Positions 36,296-46,385 of a stretch of DNA of 64,000 bases are shown here, in pieces (positions within the stretch are counted from its first letter, which is position 1; each line of letters starts with the position of its first letter). A program made the position numbers and the translations under genes. The stretch comes from an uncultured Chloroflexia bacterium (GTDB lineage Bacteria; Chloroflexota; Limnocylindria; Limnocylindrales; CSP1-4), in NCBI GenBank assembly GCA_963776545.1, contig CAVZND010000006.1, positions 13,565-77,564 on the forward strand, read 5' to 3'. Under the pieces are notes generated by a model. It ran no database searches. It was not told the DNA's origin and saw only the letters and a program-made list of their open reading frames with translations.

Positions 36296-37531
36296 TTGAC
36301 GCTGGGTCGGAACGAGATCGGTCAGCGCAGCGAAACCGTCCGCCGTGCGAACCTGAGCGCGATCGTCCGGGAGCTGCACGACCACGGGCCGCGGTCCCGA
36401 TCCGGCCTGGTCGCCCGGACGGGCCTGACCCGCAGCGCGATCCGCGCCCTGATCGGCGAGCTGGTCGCCGGCGACCTCGTCTCCGAAGGGCGCGCCGCAC
36501 CGCTCGGGACGCCCGGACGTCCGTCGCCTGTGGTCCGGCTCAACCCCGATCGGGCCGTCGTGTTGGCCCTCGAGATCGCGGTGGACTCGCTCGCGGTGGC
36601 CACCGTCGGATTGGGCGGCCACGTCTTCGACCTCATCCGCGTGGACCGGCCGCGCGAGCACGCCTCGGTCGATGAGATCGCCGACGACCTCGCCAGGCTG
36701 GCGAAGGTCGTCCTGGCCCGACGGCCCGGGGATCGCCCGCCGATCGGCGTCGGCGTGACGGTCGTCGGCGTCGTCCGCCGCATCGATGGACTCGTCTCGA
36801 TGGCCCCGAACCTGGGCTGGCACGATGTCCCGCTCGGGGACCGGCTGGCCGTCGCGCTCGGGACCGACGTCCCGATCTCGGTCGCCAACGACGCGGACCT
36901 CGGGGCGCTCGCCGAGTGGCGACGCGGCGCCGCGATCGGCGTGAGCAATCTGCTCTTCCTGTCCGCCGAGGTCGGGATCGGCGGCGGCCTGATCGTCGAC
37001 GGTCGGCCGCTGACCGGTGTCGCCGGCTACGGCGGCGAGGTCGGCCACCTCCCGGTCGACCGGAACGGATCGCCCTGTCGCTGCGGCTCGATCGGGTGCT
37101 GGGAGACCGAGGCCGGCGCCGGCGCCCTGCTGCGGCTCGCCGGCCGCCCGGCCGATGGCGGTCGAGCCGAGGTCGAGGCAGTCATCCGCGATGCCGAAGC
37201 GGGCTCGCCCATCGAGGTCGCCGCCGTCGCCGAGATCGGGCACTCGCTGGGCTACGGCCTGGCGGGCCTGATCAACCTGTTCAACCCACGGCTCGTCGTC
37301 CTGGGCGGCCTGTTCGGCCGCATCTATCCGATGGTGTCGGAGCTCGTCGATGCCGAGCTCGATCGACGCGCCCTGCCAGCCCCGCGCAAGCTCGTGCGGA
37401 TCGAGCCGGCAACCCTCGGGATCGACGCGCCGCTGCTCGGCGCCGCCGAGCTCGCGTTCGAGCCGCTCCTGTCCGATCCGGCCGCCTGGATGCCGTCACG
37501 CGACGTGTACAGCCGATTGGCGAGCGCCTGA
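36296..37531 (+). CDS. ROK-family transcriptional regulator (XylR-like)
   Basis: wHTH RRANLSAIVRELHDHGPRSRSGLVARTGLTRSAI, plus a ROK sugar-kinase-like domain with the zinc motif GHLPVDRNGSPCRCGSIGCWE. The TTG at 36296 is chosen so that the operator lies upstream. Alternative starts are 36248 (ATG) and 36230 (TTG). Confidence 0.8.
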   Translation: MTLGRNEIGQRSETVRRANLSAIVRELHDHGPRSRSGLVARTGLTRSAIRALIGELVAGDLVSEGRAAPLGTPGRPSPVVRLNPDRAVVLALEIAVDSLAVATVGLGGHVFDLIRVDRPREHASVDEIADDLARLAKVVLARRPGDRPPIGVGVTVVGVVRRIDGLVSMAPNLGWHDVPLGDRLAVALGTDVPISVANDADLGALAEWRRGAAIGVSNLLFLSAEVGIGGGLIVDGRPLTGVAGYGGEVGHLPVDRNGSPCRCGSIGCWETEAGAGALLRLAGRPADGGRAEVEAVIRDAEAGSPIEVAAVAEIGHSLGYGLAGLINLFNPRLVVLGGLFGRIYPMVSELVDAELDRRALPAPRKLVRIEPATLGIDAPLLGAAELAFEPLLSDPAAWMPSRDVYSRLASA

Positions 37532-37701
37532 ATGACCACCGCCGGCACCCTCGCGTGCCATCCGGGATGGGCGACCGTATCGATGGATCCACCAGCGCGT
37601 CGATGCCCGATGCGCGCATCGGAGAGGGTGGTAGCCTAGTCGGGACCTGACGTGCGAGCTCCGGGGGGAGTTATGGGAAACGACAGGAGGAGGAGACACG
37701 G

Positions 37702-38838
37702 ATGAACTTTCGGCGAGTAGCGCCCGTTGTGGCGGTTGTCGCGATCATCGCGGCGGCCTGCTCAAGCGGGACTCCGAGCGGCTCCGGGGCCACCACGACC
37801 GGCTGCACGGTCGGCGTTTCGTGGAATAACTTCCAGCAGCCCCGCTGGGCGGCCAAGGACCGGCCGAGCATGCAGAAGGTCGTCACCGACGGCGGTGGCA
37901 TCTTCATCGACTTCGACGCGAACCTCAGCAACACGCAGCAGCTGACCGACGTCCAGACGCTCATCAATCAGGGCGCCGACGTCATCGTCCTCCTCGCCCA
38001 GGACGACAAGGCCGGTGCCGAAGTCGTCAAGCTGGCGGCCCAGAACAAGATCCCGGTCATCGCGTACGACCGGCTCATCGAGGATCCGAGCGTCCTCTAC
38101 CTGTCGTTCAACAACACGGACGTCGGCAAGGCCGAAGCGACGGCGATGCTGGCCAAGGTGCCTGAGGGCAACTACGTCCTCATCAAGGGCGATCCGGGCG
38201 ACGCGAACGCCAAGACCTTCCTGCCAGCAGGTTGGGACGAGGCCGGCCTCAAGGCCGCCGTGGACAGTGGCAAGATCAAGATCCTTGCCGACCAGTACAC
38301 CGACGCCTGGGACACGACCAAGGCCCAGAACAACATGGAAGCGATCATCGACAAGGCCGTCGCAGACAAGACGCCGATCCATGCCGTTCTCGCCGAGAAC
38401 GACAGCACGGCGCTCGGCGTCGTCCAGGCGCTCAAGGCCAAGTCGTACGGGGTCATCCCGGTCAGCGGCCAGGACGGCGACACCGCCAACCTCCAGAACG
38501 TCGCTGCCGGCCTCCAGTACGTGGACGTGTGGAAGAACTCCAACGAGCTCGGCAAGGCCGCCGGTGCGGCTGCCCTCGCCCTGTGCAAGGACCCGACGGT
38601 CGCGAACGTCGAGCTCCCGGCGGGCCTCATCCTCGAGGCGAACGCCCCGCCCAAGGGCAACAAGGTCGTGGACTTCACGACGCCGGGCAACAACGTCGTC
38701 AAGTCGGTCATCCTCAATGTCCAGCCCGTCACGCAGGAGAACCTCCAGCTGATCCTGGACGCCAAGTGGCTCGACAAGAAGACCCTCTGCAAGAACGCGA
38801 CAGACCCAGCAACAGCGGCGGCGATCTGCAAGTCGTAG
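37702..38838 (+). CDS. xylF: D-xylose ABC transporter substrate-binding lipoprotein
   Basis: 378 aa. Lipobox AIIAAAC. XylF-like sequence VGVSWNNFQQPRW and VIAYDRLI. SD is AGGAGGAGG. Confidence 0.85.
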   Translation: MNFRRVAPVVAVVAIIAAACSSGTPSGSGATTTGCTVGVSWNNFQQPRWAAKDRPSMQKVVTDGGGIFIDFDANLSNTQQLTDVQTLINQGADVIVLLAQDDKAGAEVVKLAAQNKIPVIAYDRLIEDPSVLYLSFNNTDVGKAEATAMLAKVPEGNYVLIKGDPGDANAKTFLPAGWDEAGLKAAVDSGKIKILADQYTDAWDTTKAQNNMEAIIDKAVADKTPIHAVLAENDSTALGVVQALKAKSYGVIPVSGQDGDTANLQNVAAGLQYVDVWKNSNELGKAAGAAALALCKDPTVANVELPAGLILEANAPPKGNKVVDFTTPGNNVVKSVILNVQPVTQENLQLILDAKWLDKKTLCKNATDPATAAAICKS

Positions 38839-38860
38839 GTCGTCGAGTCCGAACCTAGCA

Positions 38861-38899
38861 AGCGCCCTGCGCTCGCGGAACGCCGCGACGCAGGGCGCT
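38861..38899 (+). terminator. strong intercistronic stem-loop after xylF
   Basis: AGCGCCCTGCG...CGCAGGGCGCT gives 11-bp perfect outer arms, extended by the inner pairing TCGCGG/CCGCGA. There is no T-tract, so it is more likely an mRNA stabiliser or attenuator than a full terminator. Confidence 0.35.
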
Positions 38900-38930
38900 C
38901 ATGTCATCGGTCCGGGGTGGGAGACAGCCC

Positions 38931-40267
38931 ATGACTGACCTTGCGGGTGCCGCGCCCGACGTCGGCCTGAAGCCCGAAGGCGAGGCCTGTCGGTGCGACG
39001 CCTATTCGCGGCGACCGAGATCGACCTGCGCCTGTTCGGGATGCTCGTCGCGCTCTTCGGCATCTGGCTCGGCTTCGGCATCCTCACCGACGGCAAGATC
39101 CTCGCCCCGGCCAGCATGGTGACGCTCGGCGTCCAGACCACGGTCGTCGCGATCATGGCGACGGGCATGGTGCTCGTCATCGTGTCCCGGAACATCGACC
39201 TGTCGGTCGGCTCGCAGGTCGGGGTCATCGCGATGACGTATGCCCTGCTCATGACCGACTGGCTGCCGAACCTGGGCATCGGCCTCGGCAGCCCGCTCAT
39301 GTGGATCCTCGCGCTCGCGCTCGGGATGTCGCTCGGCGTCGGGATCGGCGCGCTCCAGGGATTCATCATCGCCTACATCGGCGTCCCCTCGTTCATCGTG
39401 ACGCTGGGCGGACTGCTGTCGCTGCGCGGCACGGTCTGGCTCATGTCCAGCGGGGCCGCGGTCGCCGGCATCAACGACGTCTTCCAGCACCTGGCCGGTG
39501 GTGCGGCCGGGTCGATCGGCGGTACGGCCACCTGGGCGCTGGCCGCCCTCGGCTGCGGCGCCGTCGTCCTGCTTCTGGCATACAACCGGCGCCAGCGTCG
39601 TCGGTTCGGGTTCCCCGTCCGGCCGATGTGGGCCGAGGCCCTGCTCGCCGCTTCGGCGGCCTCGCGGTCCTGGGGCTCGCATTCATCGCCAATGCATACT
39701 ACTGGCCGCCCTCGCTGGCCGACGCCTACGCCGAGGCGAACGGCATCCCGATCCCGCCCGGCGGGCTCCAGATCTCGTCCGGCTTCCCGTGGCCGCTCAT
39801 CCTCCTCGTCGGCGTGACGATCGCCATGACCTTCCTCGCGACACGTCGCCGCTTCGGACGCTACGTCTACGCCTACGGCGGCAACCCGGACGCGGCCGAG
39901 CTGGCGTGGCATCAATACCCGCTGGACGATCATGAAGACGTACATGCTCATGGGTCTCCTGTGCGCCATCGCGGCGGCCGTCGCGTCGGCGCGGCTGAAC
40001 GGCGCCACGCTGGACGTCGGCCAGGACAACGAGCTGTACGTCATCGCCGCGGCGGTCGTCGGCGGCACCTCGTTCGCCGGCGGCATCGGCACGATCCCGG
40101 GCGCTGTCCTGGGCGCGTTCGTCATGCAGTCACTGTCGTACGGCCTGGCCTACATGAACGTGAATTCCCCCACCCAGAACGTCGTGGCCGGCATCGTCCT
40201 CATCGTCGCCGTCGGCTTCGACAGATCAATCGCCGTCGCGGCGGTGCGACAGGAGACGATGAGATGA
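38931..40267 (+). pseudogene. xylH: xylose ABC transporter permease XylH, two or three frameshifts
   Basis: Readable segments lie in three frames: [18 protein letters not shown]...[11 protein letters not shown]; then [18 protein letters not shown]...[11 protein letters not shown]; then [18 protein letters not shown]...IVAVGFD. Breaks are near 39646-39652 and 39904-39908. A third break is possible near 38985, linking the ATG at 38931 to the GTG-38993 frame. Confidence 0.8.
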
Positions 40268-41058
40268 CCCAGGTCGCGGCCGCGCCGCTCGTCGAGATTC
40301 AGGAACATCAACGTCGCCTTCGGTGGCGTGCACGCGGTGCGGACGTCTCGAATCGATCTCCATGCCGGGGAGGTCATGGGCGTCGTCGGCGGCAACGGCG
40401 CCGGCAAGTCGACCCTCATGCGCGTCCTGTCCGGAGCCCACCCGGCCGACTCGGGCGAGATCCGGTCGAAGGTCGCCGGTCTCGATCGACGAACCCGCGC
40501 GACGCGAAGAAGTTGAACATCGAGACGATCTACCAGACGCTCGCCTTGGCGGACAACGTCGACGCCCCGGCGAACGTGTTCCTGGGCCGGGAGATCACGA
40601 CTCACGCTTTGGCAACCTCGACGACGGGGCGATGGAGGACGCGACGCGCAAGGTCATGGGACGCCTCAACCCGAACTTCACGAAGTTCACGTCCCCGGTG
40701 AAGTCGCTGTCCGGCGGCCAGCGCCAGGCCGTCGCCATCGCCCGCGCCGTCCATTTCAACGCCAAGATCCTCATCATGGACGAGCCGACGGCAGCGCTCG
40801 GACCGGCCGAGACGGCGCAGGTTCGCGACCTGATCCGCCAACTCAAGCACGAAGGCATCGGCATCTTCCTCATCAGCCACGACATCCACGACGTGTTCGA
40901 CTTGTCCGACCGGATCAGCGTCATGTACCACGGGCAGGTCGTTGGCACCGTCAACAAGGACGAGGTCACCCCGGACGACGTGCTCGGCATGATCATCCTC
41001 GGCAAGAAGCCCGAAGAGGCGACCGAGATCGACAAGGCGGCCATCGAGACTGCGCTAG
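40264..41058 (+). pseudogene. xylG: xylose/ribose-type ABC transporter ATP-binding protein XylG-like, at least three and probably five frameshifts
   Basis: ATG at 40264 (ATGA with the xylH stop). Segments: [13 protein letters not shown] / [12 protein letters not shown]...[16 protein letters not shown] / [20 protein letters not shown]...FLGREIT / FGNLDD...[15 protein letters not shown]...[11 protein letters not shown]. Breaks are near 40302, 40450-40490 and 40606-40610. The 3' end is uncertain. Confidence 0.75.
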
Positions 41059-41091
41059 GTCGGGGCTGCGCACCGCGCGGCGTGCTGCCCG

Positions 41092-42576
41092 TCACATGCG
41101 CCGGAACGACGGCGCCAGCGCGGGGTACAGCTCTCGATACACGCCGTGGGCGGTCGCGTAACGCGGTGTGTCCGGCCCGGATCCGCAACCGGCGTCGCGC
41201 TGACGAGCGCGCCGGTCGCAGCCTCGACGCTCAGGAACCAGCCGGCCCCGACGGCCGCGAGCAACCCCGCGCCGTAGGCGGCGCCCTCCGTCGTGTCGAC
41301 GGTGGCGATCTCCGCGCCCAGCACGTCGGCGAGGATCTGACGCCAGAGCGGGCTCGCCGTTCCGCCGCCTGACGCCCGGATCTGAGCCGGCGCCGGCATG
41401 CCGGTCGCGAGCATAAGGTCGAGACCGTCGCGCAGCCCGAAGGCCACCCCTTCGAGGACCGCCCGGGTCATGTGGCGGCGATCGTGGCCGAGACCCAGCC
41501 CGACGAACGCGCCGCGGGCCTGAGGATCCGGGTGTGGGCTCCGCTCGCCGGTCAGATAGGGCAGGAAGAGGAGGCCCTCGCTGCCGGCGGGGACCTCGCC
41601 CGCCGCCGCGACCAGGTCGTCGAACGGTACGCCCGGCGCCAGGGCGTCGCGGAACCAGCGCAGGCTGCCGGCCGCCGACAGCATCACCGACATCAGGTGC
41701 CAGCGTCCCGGCACGGCATGGCAGAACGCGTGGACGATGCCACGTGGTTCGTGGATGGGTCGGTCGGTCGCCGCGAACACGACGCCCGAGGTCCCGAGCG
41801 AGAGGGCCATGCTCCCGGGGTCGACGACCCCGACCCCGACGGCGTTGGCGGCCTGGTCGCCGCCGCCCGCGACGACGGGCGTGCCGGCTCGAAGGCCCGT
41901 GGCCGCGGCGGCCTCTGCGCTGACGACCCCCGTGGTCTCGGGACCCTCGAAGGTCGGGGGCATCCAGGCGCGCTCGATCTCGAGGGCGGCAAGCACCTCG
42001 GGCGACCAGTCGCGGGCGGCCAGGTCGAACAGGATCGTCCCGGCGCCGTCGGCCTTGTCCATCGCATGCCCGCCGGTGAGCCGGAGCCGGACGTAGTCCT
42101 TCGGCAGCAGCACGTGCGCGACGCGTTTCCAGACGTCCGGTTCGTGGTCGCGGACCCAGACCAGCTTGGGGGCCGTGAACCCGGTCAAGGCGTCGTTGCC
42201 GGTGATCGCGATGAGCCGCTCAGCGCCGACCGCGGCACGGATCGCGTCGCACTCGGCGGCCGTGCGCTGGTCGTTCCAGAGGATCGCCGGTCGCAGGACC
42301 GCATCGCTGCGGTCGAGGAGGACGAGGCCGTGCATCTGACCGGTCAGACCGATCGCGACCACGTCCGTCCCGGCCACTCCGGTCGTCGCCAGGACCGATC
42401 GGATCGAGGCGACCGCGCCGTCCCACCACAGGCCGGGCGACTGCTCGCTCCAGCCCGGCTCCGGGATCTCGAAGTCCGTACTCGGAGACGCCGACACCGC
42501 GGACCGCGCCGGCGTCGTCGATCAGGACGGCCTTGGTCGCGGTGGTCGACGCGTCGATGCCGATGACGTGCGCCAT
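41092..42576 (-). pseudogene. xylB: xylulokinase XylB, two frameshifts
   Basis: ATG at 42576 lies 4 nt after the xylA stop and gives MAHVIGIDASTTATKAVLIDD...SEY. The frame changes near 42474-42480 to DFEIPEPGWSEQSPGLWW...(FGGY kinase body). It changes again near 41172-41180 to [27 protein letters not shown] with a stop at 41092. Confidence 0.8.
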
Positions 42577-42580
42577 CGAC

Positions 42581-43945
42581 TCAGCGCTCGGTGCCGACCT
42601 TCGCGCGCGTCGCCCCGGCCGCCCAGACCGACCGGTTGACGATGTTCTCGAGAAGCTCCTGCTGGCCGGAGACGCGTCGTGGGACGATCTCCCCGGCCGC
42701 GACCTTCGACTCGAGCGACTCGAGGGTCTCCGAGCCGTCCAGGATCGCGGTGCCGAGAGGTCCGTCCCAGCCGGCATACCGCTCGACCTTGAGCTTCGCG
42801 AGGTCGCGGCGTTCGACGAGGTCCGCCGCGACCAGAAGGGCCTGGGCCAGCGTGTCGAGGGCGCCGATGTGGGCGTGGAACAGGTCGTTCCTGTGGGTGC
42901 TCTGGCGACGCAGCTTGGCGTCGAAATTGAAGCCGCCCGGCGCGATCCCGCCGTTGAGCAGGATCTCGAACAGCGGCAGGGCGAGGTCCTCCACCGAGTT
43001 CGGGAACTGGTCGGTGTCCCAGCCGTTCTGCGGGTCGCCTCGGTTGGCGTCGATGCTGCCGAGGACCCCGGAGGCGATGGCGGTTGCCACCTCGTGGTGG
43101 AAGCTGTGACCGGCGAGCGTCGCGTGGTTCGCCTCGATGTTCAGCCGGTACTCGCCCTCGAGCCCGTGGCGGACGAGGAAGCCGTCGACCGTCGCGACGT
43201 CATAGTCGTACTGGTGCTTGGTGGGCTCCATCGGCTTTGGTTCGATGAGCAACTGGCCCCGGAAGCCGATGCGCTGCTTGTGCTCGGCGACGAGGTGGAG
43301 GAAGCGCGCCAGCTGGTCGCCCTCGCGGCGGAGGTCCGTGTTCAGCAGCGTGTCATAACCCTCGCGGCCGCCCCACAGGACGTAGTTCTCGCCACCGAGC
43401 CGCTCGGTGACCTCGAGCATGTGCTTGACCTGTGCCGCGGCGAAGGCGAACACCTCGGGATCGGGGTTCGTGGCCGCGCCCGCCTGGTAGCGCGGATGGG
43501 TGAACAGGTTGGCGGTGCCCCACAACAGCCGCACGCCGGTCCGCTCCTGGTAGCCGGCCGCGTCGTCGGCCAGCGCACCCAGGTTCGACCGGAATTCCGC
43601 GTACGTCGAGCCCTCGGGCGCCACGTCGCGGTCGTGGAAGCAGTAGTAAGGGATGCCGATCTTGGTGAAGAACTCGAAGGCGACCGCCATCTTGGTACGC
43701 GCTGCCACCATCTGGTCGCCGCTGCCGTCGAGCCAGGGACGGTCCATGGTCCCGACCCCGAACATGTCCACGCCGGGCCAGGAGAACGAGTGCCAGAAAC
43801 AGACACCCGGCCGGAGGTGGTCCTCCATGCGCTTCCCCAGCACAAGACGGTCGGGCTCGTAGACCTTGAACGAGAGTGGGTCCGTCGATTCGAGACCGCC
43901 GAAGGGGATCGGCCCCGTCACGTCCGGAAAGAAGTCATCGACCAC
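42581..43945 (-). CDS. xylA: xylose isomerase (long, class II type)
   Basis: 454 aa, intact. Contains [32 protein letters not shown] and DANRGD. Confidence 0.92.
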   Translation of the reverse strand: MVDDFFPDVTGPIPFGGLESTDPLSFKVYEPDRLVLGKRMEDHLRPGVCFWHSFSWPGVDMFGVGTMDRPWLDGSGDQMVAARTKMAVAFEFFTKIGIPYYCFHDRDVAPEGSTYAEFRSNLGALADDAAGYQERTGVRLLWGTANLFTHPRYQAGAATNPDPEVFAFAAAQVKHMLEVTERLGGENYVLWGGREGYDTLLNTDLRREGDQLARFLHLVAEHKQRIGFRGQLLIEPKPMEPTKHQYDYDVATVDGFLVRHGLEGEYRLNIEANHATLAGHSFHHEVATAIASGVLGSIDANRGDPQNGWDTDQFPNSVEDLALPLFEILLNGGIAPGGFNFDAKLRRQSTHRNDLFHAHIGALDTLAQALLVAADLVERRDLAKLKVERYAGWDGPLGTAILDGSETLESLESKVAAGEIVPRRVSGQQELLENIVNRSVWAAGATRAKVGTER

Positions 43946-44018
43946 GCCCGATCCCTCCTGCCTCCACCGGCCTGACGCGAACCCCGCGCCGAGGGCCTGG
44001 ATGTCGAGTGCCTATCTT

Positions 44019-44045
44019 ACATTTGTGCGAGAGATGCACAAATGT
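44019..44045. promoter_or_regulatory. perfect 10-bp inverted repeat upstream of xylA (candidate XylR/ROK operator)
   Basis: ACATTTGTGC-GAGAGAT-GCACAAATGT lies ~75-100 nt upstream of the xylA ATG (43945, minus strand). A related site is at 36268-36291. Confidence 0.5.
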
Positions 44046-44050
44046 GCCGA

Positions 44051-44070
44051 CGCCCGATAGCGGTCGGGCG
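44051..44070 (-). terminator. stem-loop after the DUF1905/YdeI gene
   Basis: CGCCCGA-TAGCGG-TCGGGCG lies 6 nt after the stop at 44076. The T-tract is weak. Confidence 0.3.
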
Positions 44071-44075
44071 CTCAT

Positions 44076-44525
44076 TCAGCGGATCCGCCCCTCGCGGAGC
44101 GCATCGATCGACTTGGCGATCCGGCGCTGACGCGTCTCCTCGGTCTTCGCTCCCGTGATCTGCAGCACGTGCCACGACTTGTTGCTGTACGAGAGACGCT
44201 CGAACGTGGCCCGGGCGGCCGGTTCCGCGTCGAGCGCGGCGGCGAAGTCGGGCGGCACCGTCACCTCCCGGGGCGCCGTGTCGAGCTCGATGTCGACGTC
44301 GACCTCGTCGCCGCCGGCGACCCCGGCGCCGGCCCGGTTCTCGGCGCTGACCCCGACCATGAAGACGCCGCCCATCACGGCGATGCTGCTCCGGTAGGTG
44401 AAGCCGTTGATCGTGACGGTGACCGCCGGACGCTTGCCCGCGCCGAGCGCGGCCACGACTTCGTCCGGGACCCGGATGCCCGTCGCCGTCTTGTCGCTCT
44501 GGAGGATGGTCGTGCGGAATCGCAT
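44076..44525 (-). CDS. DUF1905 plus YdeI/OmpD-associated family protein
   Basis: 149 aa. Contains KTATGIRVPDEVVAALGAGKRPAVTVTINGFTYRSSIAVMGG, and a C-terminal region FERLSYSNKSWHVLQITGAKTEETRQRRI. Confidence 0.7.
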   Translation of the reverse strand: MRFRTTILQSDKTATGIRVPDEVVAALGAGKRPAVTVTINGFTYRSSIAVMGGVFMVGVSAENRAGAGVAGGDEVDVDIELDTAPREVTVPPDFAAALDAEPAARATFERLSYSNKSWHVLQITGAKTEETRQRRIAKSIDALREGRIR

Positions 44526-44560
44526 GCGGTCAGCTCCCGGGTGGTCGTCTCGGTCGGTCG

Positions 44561-44800
44561 TCAGCGCCAGTGATTGTCGTGGTGCAGGTAGAAGTCGGCC
44601 AGCTCGTTCGCGCTCGGCCGCCCGGTGACGGCGAACGCCGCGCGGTAGAGCCCGAACCCGCCGCCCGTGGCGGCGCCGGTCGCGAGGTAATGGACGGTGT
44701 TGCCGTTGCGATACGTCAGGTCCGGCGCGTGGTCGGCCGGCCGGTAGCTCGCGCTGACCTCGCCGGTCTCGCCGAGGTAGCGTGGGTCCGGGTAGGTCAC
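44561..44800 (-). CDS. short cupin-family N-terminal fragment (possibly truncated gene)
   Basis: GTG at 44800 with GAAGGAGGG 7 nt upstream. TYPDPRYLGETGEVSASYRPADHAPDL...HYLATGAATGGGFGLYR resembles the N-terminal leader of ~160-aa actinobacterial cupins. It stops at 79 aa, before the barrel core. Confidence 0.45.
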   Translation of the reverse strand: MTYPDPRYLGETGEVSASYRPADHAPDLTYRNGNTVHYLATGAATGGGFGLYRAAFAVTGRPSANELADFYLHHDNHWR

Positions 44801-44814
44801 GTCGCGACCCTCCT

Positions 44815-46206
44815 TCAGCTGAGGCTTGCCGGCGGAATGTTCTGGTTGAGCCGGAACAGGTTGTCCGGGTCGTAGCGTGCCTTGATCGCGACGAGCCGGT
44901 CCCACGTCTCGCCGGGATAGGCGGCCCGGATCCGGGCCTCGCCCTCGTCGAGGAGGAAGTTGACGTACGCGCCGTGGTCGCCTTGCTGGAGCGCAGCCGA
45001 GAGGACCTCGACCCACGCCTGGCGGACCCGCTTGTCCTCGGCGCCCTCGTAGAACGCGGCCACGCTGACCATGATCCGGCTGGCCCGATGGGCGAAGGCG
45101 GTGGCGTCGGCCGGCACGCGGGCCATGGCCCCGCCCAGCACCCGCAGTTGGGCGACGCGCATCGACGCGTCGGAGGCCTCGAGGTGGCTGACGATGGTCT
45201 CCGCCACGGTCCGGTCGATCGACTCCATGAACATGGTTCGCTGGACCGCGGTCGGGTGGTACGACGGGTCGTCGGGCGGGAACATCTCGGCGTACGACAT
45301 CGGTCGGAGCATGTCGACGATCGGCGTCGCCAGGGCCCGGAATGGGGCGAGGATCCGGTCGCCCTCCGGGTTCGCGCCTGCGAACGTCATCAGGGCCATG
45401 ACGACGAGCTTGCCGTGATGCTCCTCCGGGACGAACGGCATCGGCGGACACGGCATGACGTTCGCGATCGTCGACAGTCCGTCCGGCGCGGCGTCGGCGG
45501 CGGCGATGAACCCGGCGATCGTGTCGGGCGTCGCCGGCAGGATCAGCATCCCGCCCACGACGGATGGGAGCTCGTGCAGCCGGAACCGGAACCGGGTCAC
45601 GACGCCGAAATTGCCGCCGCCGCCGCGGATCGCCCAGAACAGGTCCGGGTGGGTCTCGGCATCCACGCGTAGCAGCTCGCCGTCGGCCGTCACGATCTCG
45701 GCCGCGAGCAGCGAGTCGATGGTCAGGCCGAGCCGGCGCACCAGGTACCCGATGCCGCCACCGAGCGTGATCCCGCCGATCCCGACCGACCCGGTGTCGC
45801 CGAAGCCGATCGCCAGGTCGTGGGCGCCGACCGCCTCGGTGAGCTCGATCGCCGCCAGCCCGGCCTCGGCCCATGCGGTCCGTCCGTCCACGTCGATCTC
45901 GATCCCGGTCATGTCCCGCAGGTCGAGGACGATCCCGCCATCGGTCGTGCTATGCCCGGCACCGCTGTGCCCGCCGCTCCGGATGGCGAGCTCCAGCGCC
46001 GTCTCGCGGGCGATGGCGACGACCGTGGCCACGTCGGTCGCATCGGCCACCCGGACGATCACCGCCGGACGGCGGTCGAACTCCCCGGACATCACGGCTC
46101 GCGCATCGTCATAGCCCTCGTCCCCGGGCGCGATCACCCGACCCTTGATGACGTCCCGGAGCACTGGGATGGACAGGCTGGCGGTGAGCGAGGGCGAGGT
46201 CGACAT
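44815..46206 (-). CDS. FAD-binding (PCMH/VAO-type) oxidoreductase with a BBE-like C-terminus
   Basis: 463 aa. Contains AIRSGGHSGAGHS, GGGIGYL, FWAIRGGGGNFGVV, and a C-terminal YVNF...ARYDPDNLFRLNQNI. Confidence 0.85.
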   Translation of the reverse strand: MSTSPSLTASLSIPVLRDVIKGRVIAPGDEGYDDARAVMSGEFDRRPAVIVRVADATDVATVVAIARETALELAIRSGGHSGAGHSTTDGGIVLDLRDMTGIEIDVDGRTAWAEAGLAAIELTEAVGAHDLAIGFGDTGSVGIGGITLGGGIGYLVRRLGLTIDSLLAAEIVTADGELLRVDAETHPDLFWAIRGGGGNFGVVTRFRFRLHELPSVVGGMLILPATPDTIAGFIAAADAAPDGLSTIANVMPCPPMPFVPEEHHGKLVVMALMTFAGANPEGDRILAPFRALATPIVDMLRPMSYAEMFPPDDPSYHPTAVQRTMFMESIDRTVAETIVSHLEASDASMRVAQLRVLGGAMARVPADATAFAHRASRIMVSVAAFYEGAEDKRVRQAWVEVLSAALQQGDHGAYVNFLLDEGEARIRAAYPGETWDRLVAIKARYDPDNLFRLNQNIPPASLS

Positions 46207-46385
46207 CGGGGACTCCTTGGGCGCGTCGTGGCCGGCTCGTCGACGGCGCGATCAGGCGCCGACCCGTCCATTGAACCCGACGGGACGATCCGTCGCACGG
46301 CGGCGAGCGTGACGGACCTTCCCACGCACCCTGACGGGGCCCCGGCGTCGTGCGGTTGCGAGGCCCTGTCGTGCCGAGCGCGAGC

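Noticed and set aside
28446-42576. Programmed ribosomal frameshifting as an explanation for the broken sugar-transport and xylB genes.
   Set aside because: There are too many sites (about 14) with no shared slippery heptamer or downstream structure. The truncated araA points to decay or error rather than recoding.
25000-44100. Mobile-element involvement (IS, integrase, terminal inverted repeats) as the cause of the pseudogene clusters.
   Set aside because: No transposase- or integrase-like ORF, direct-repeat flank or tRNA target was seen anywhere in the window.
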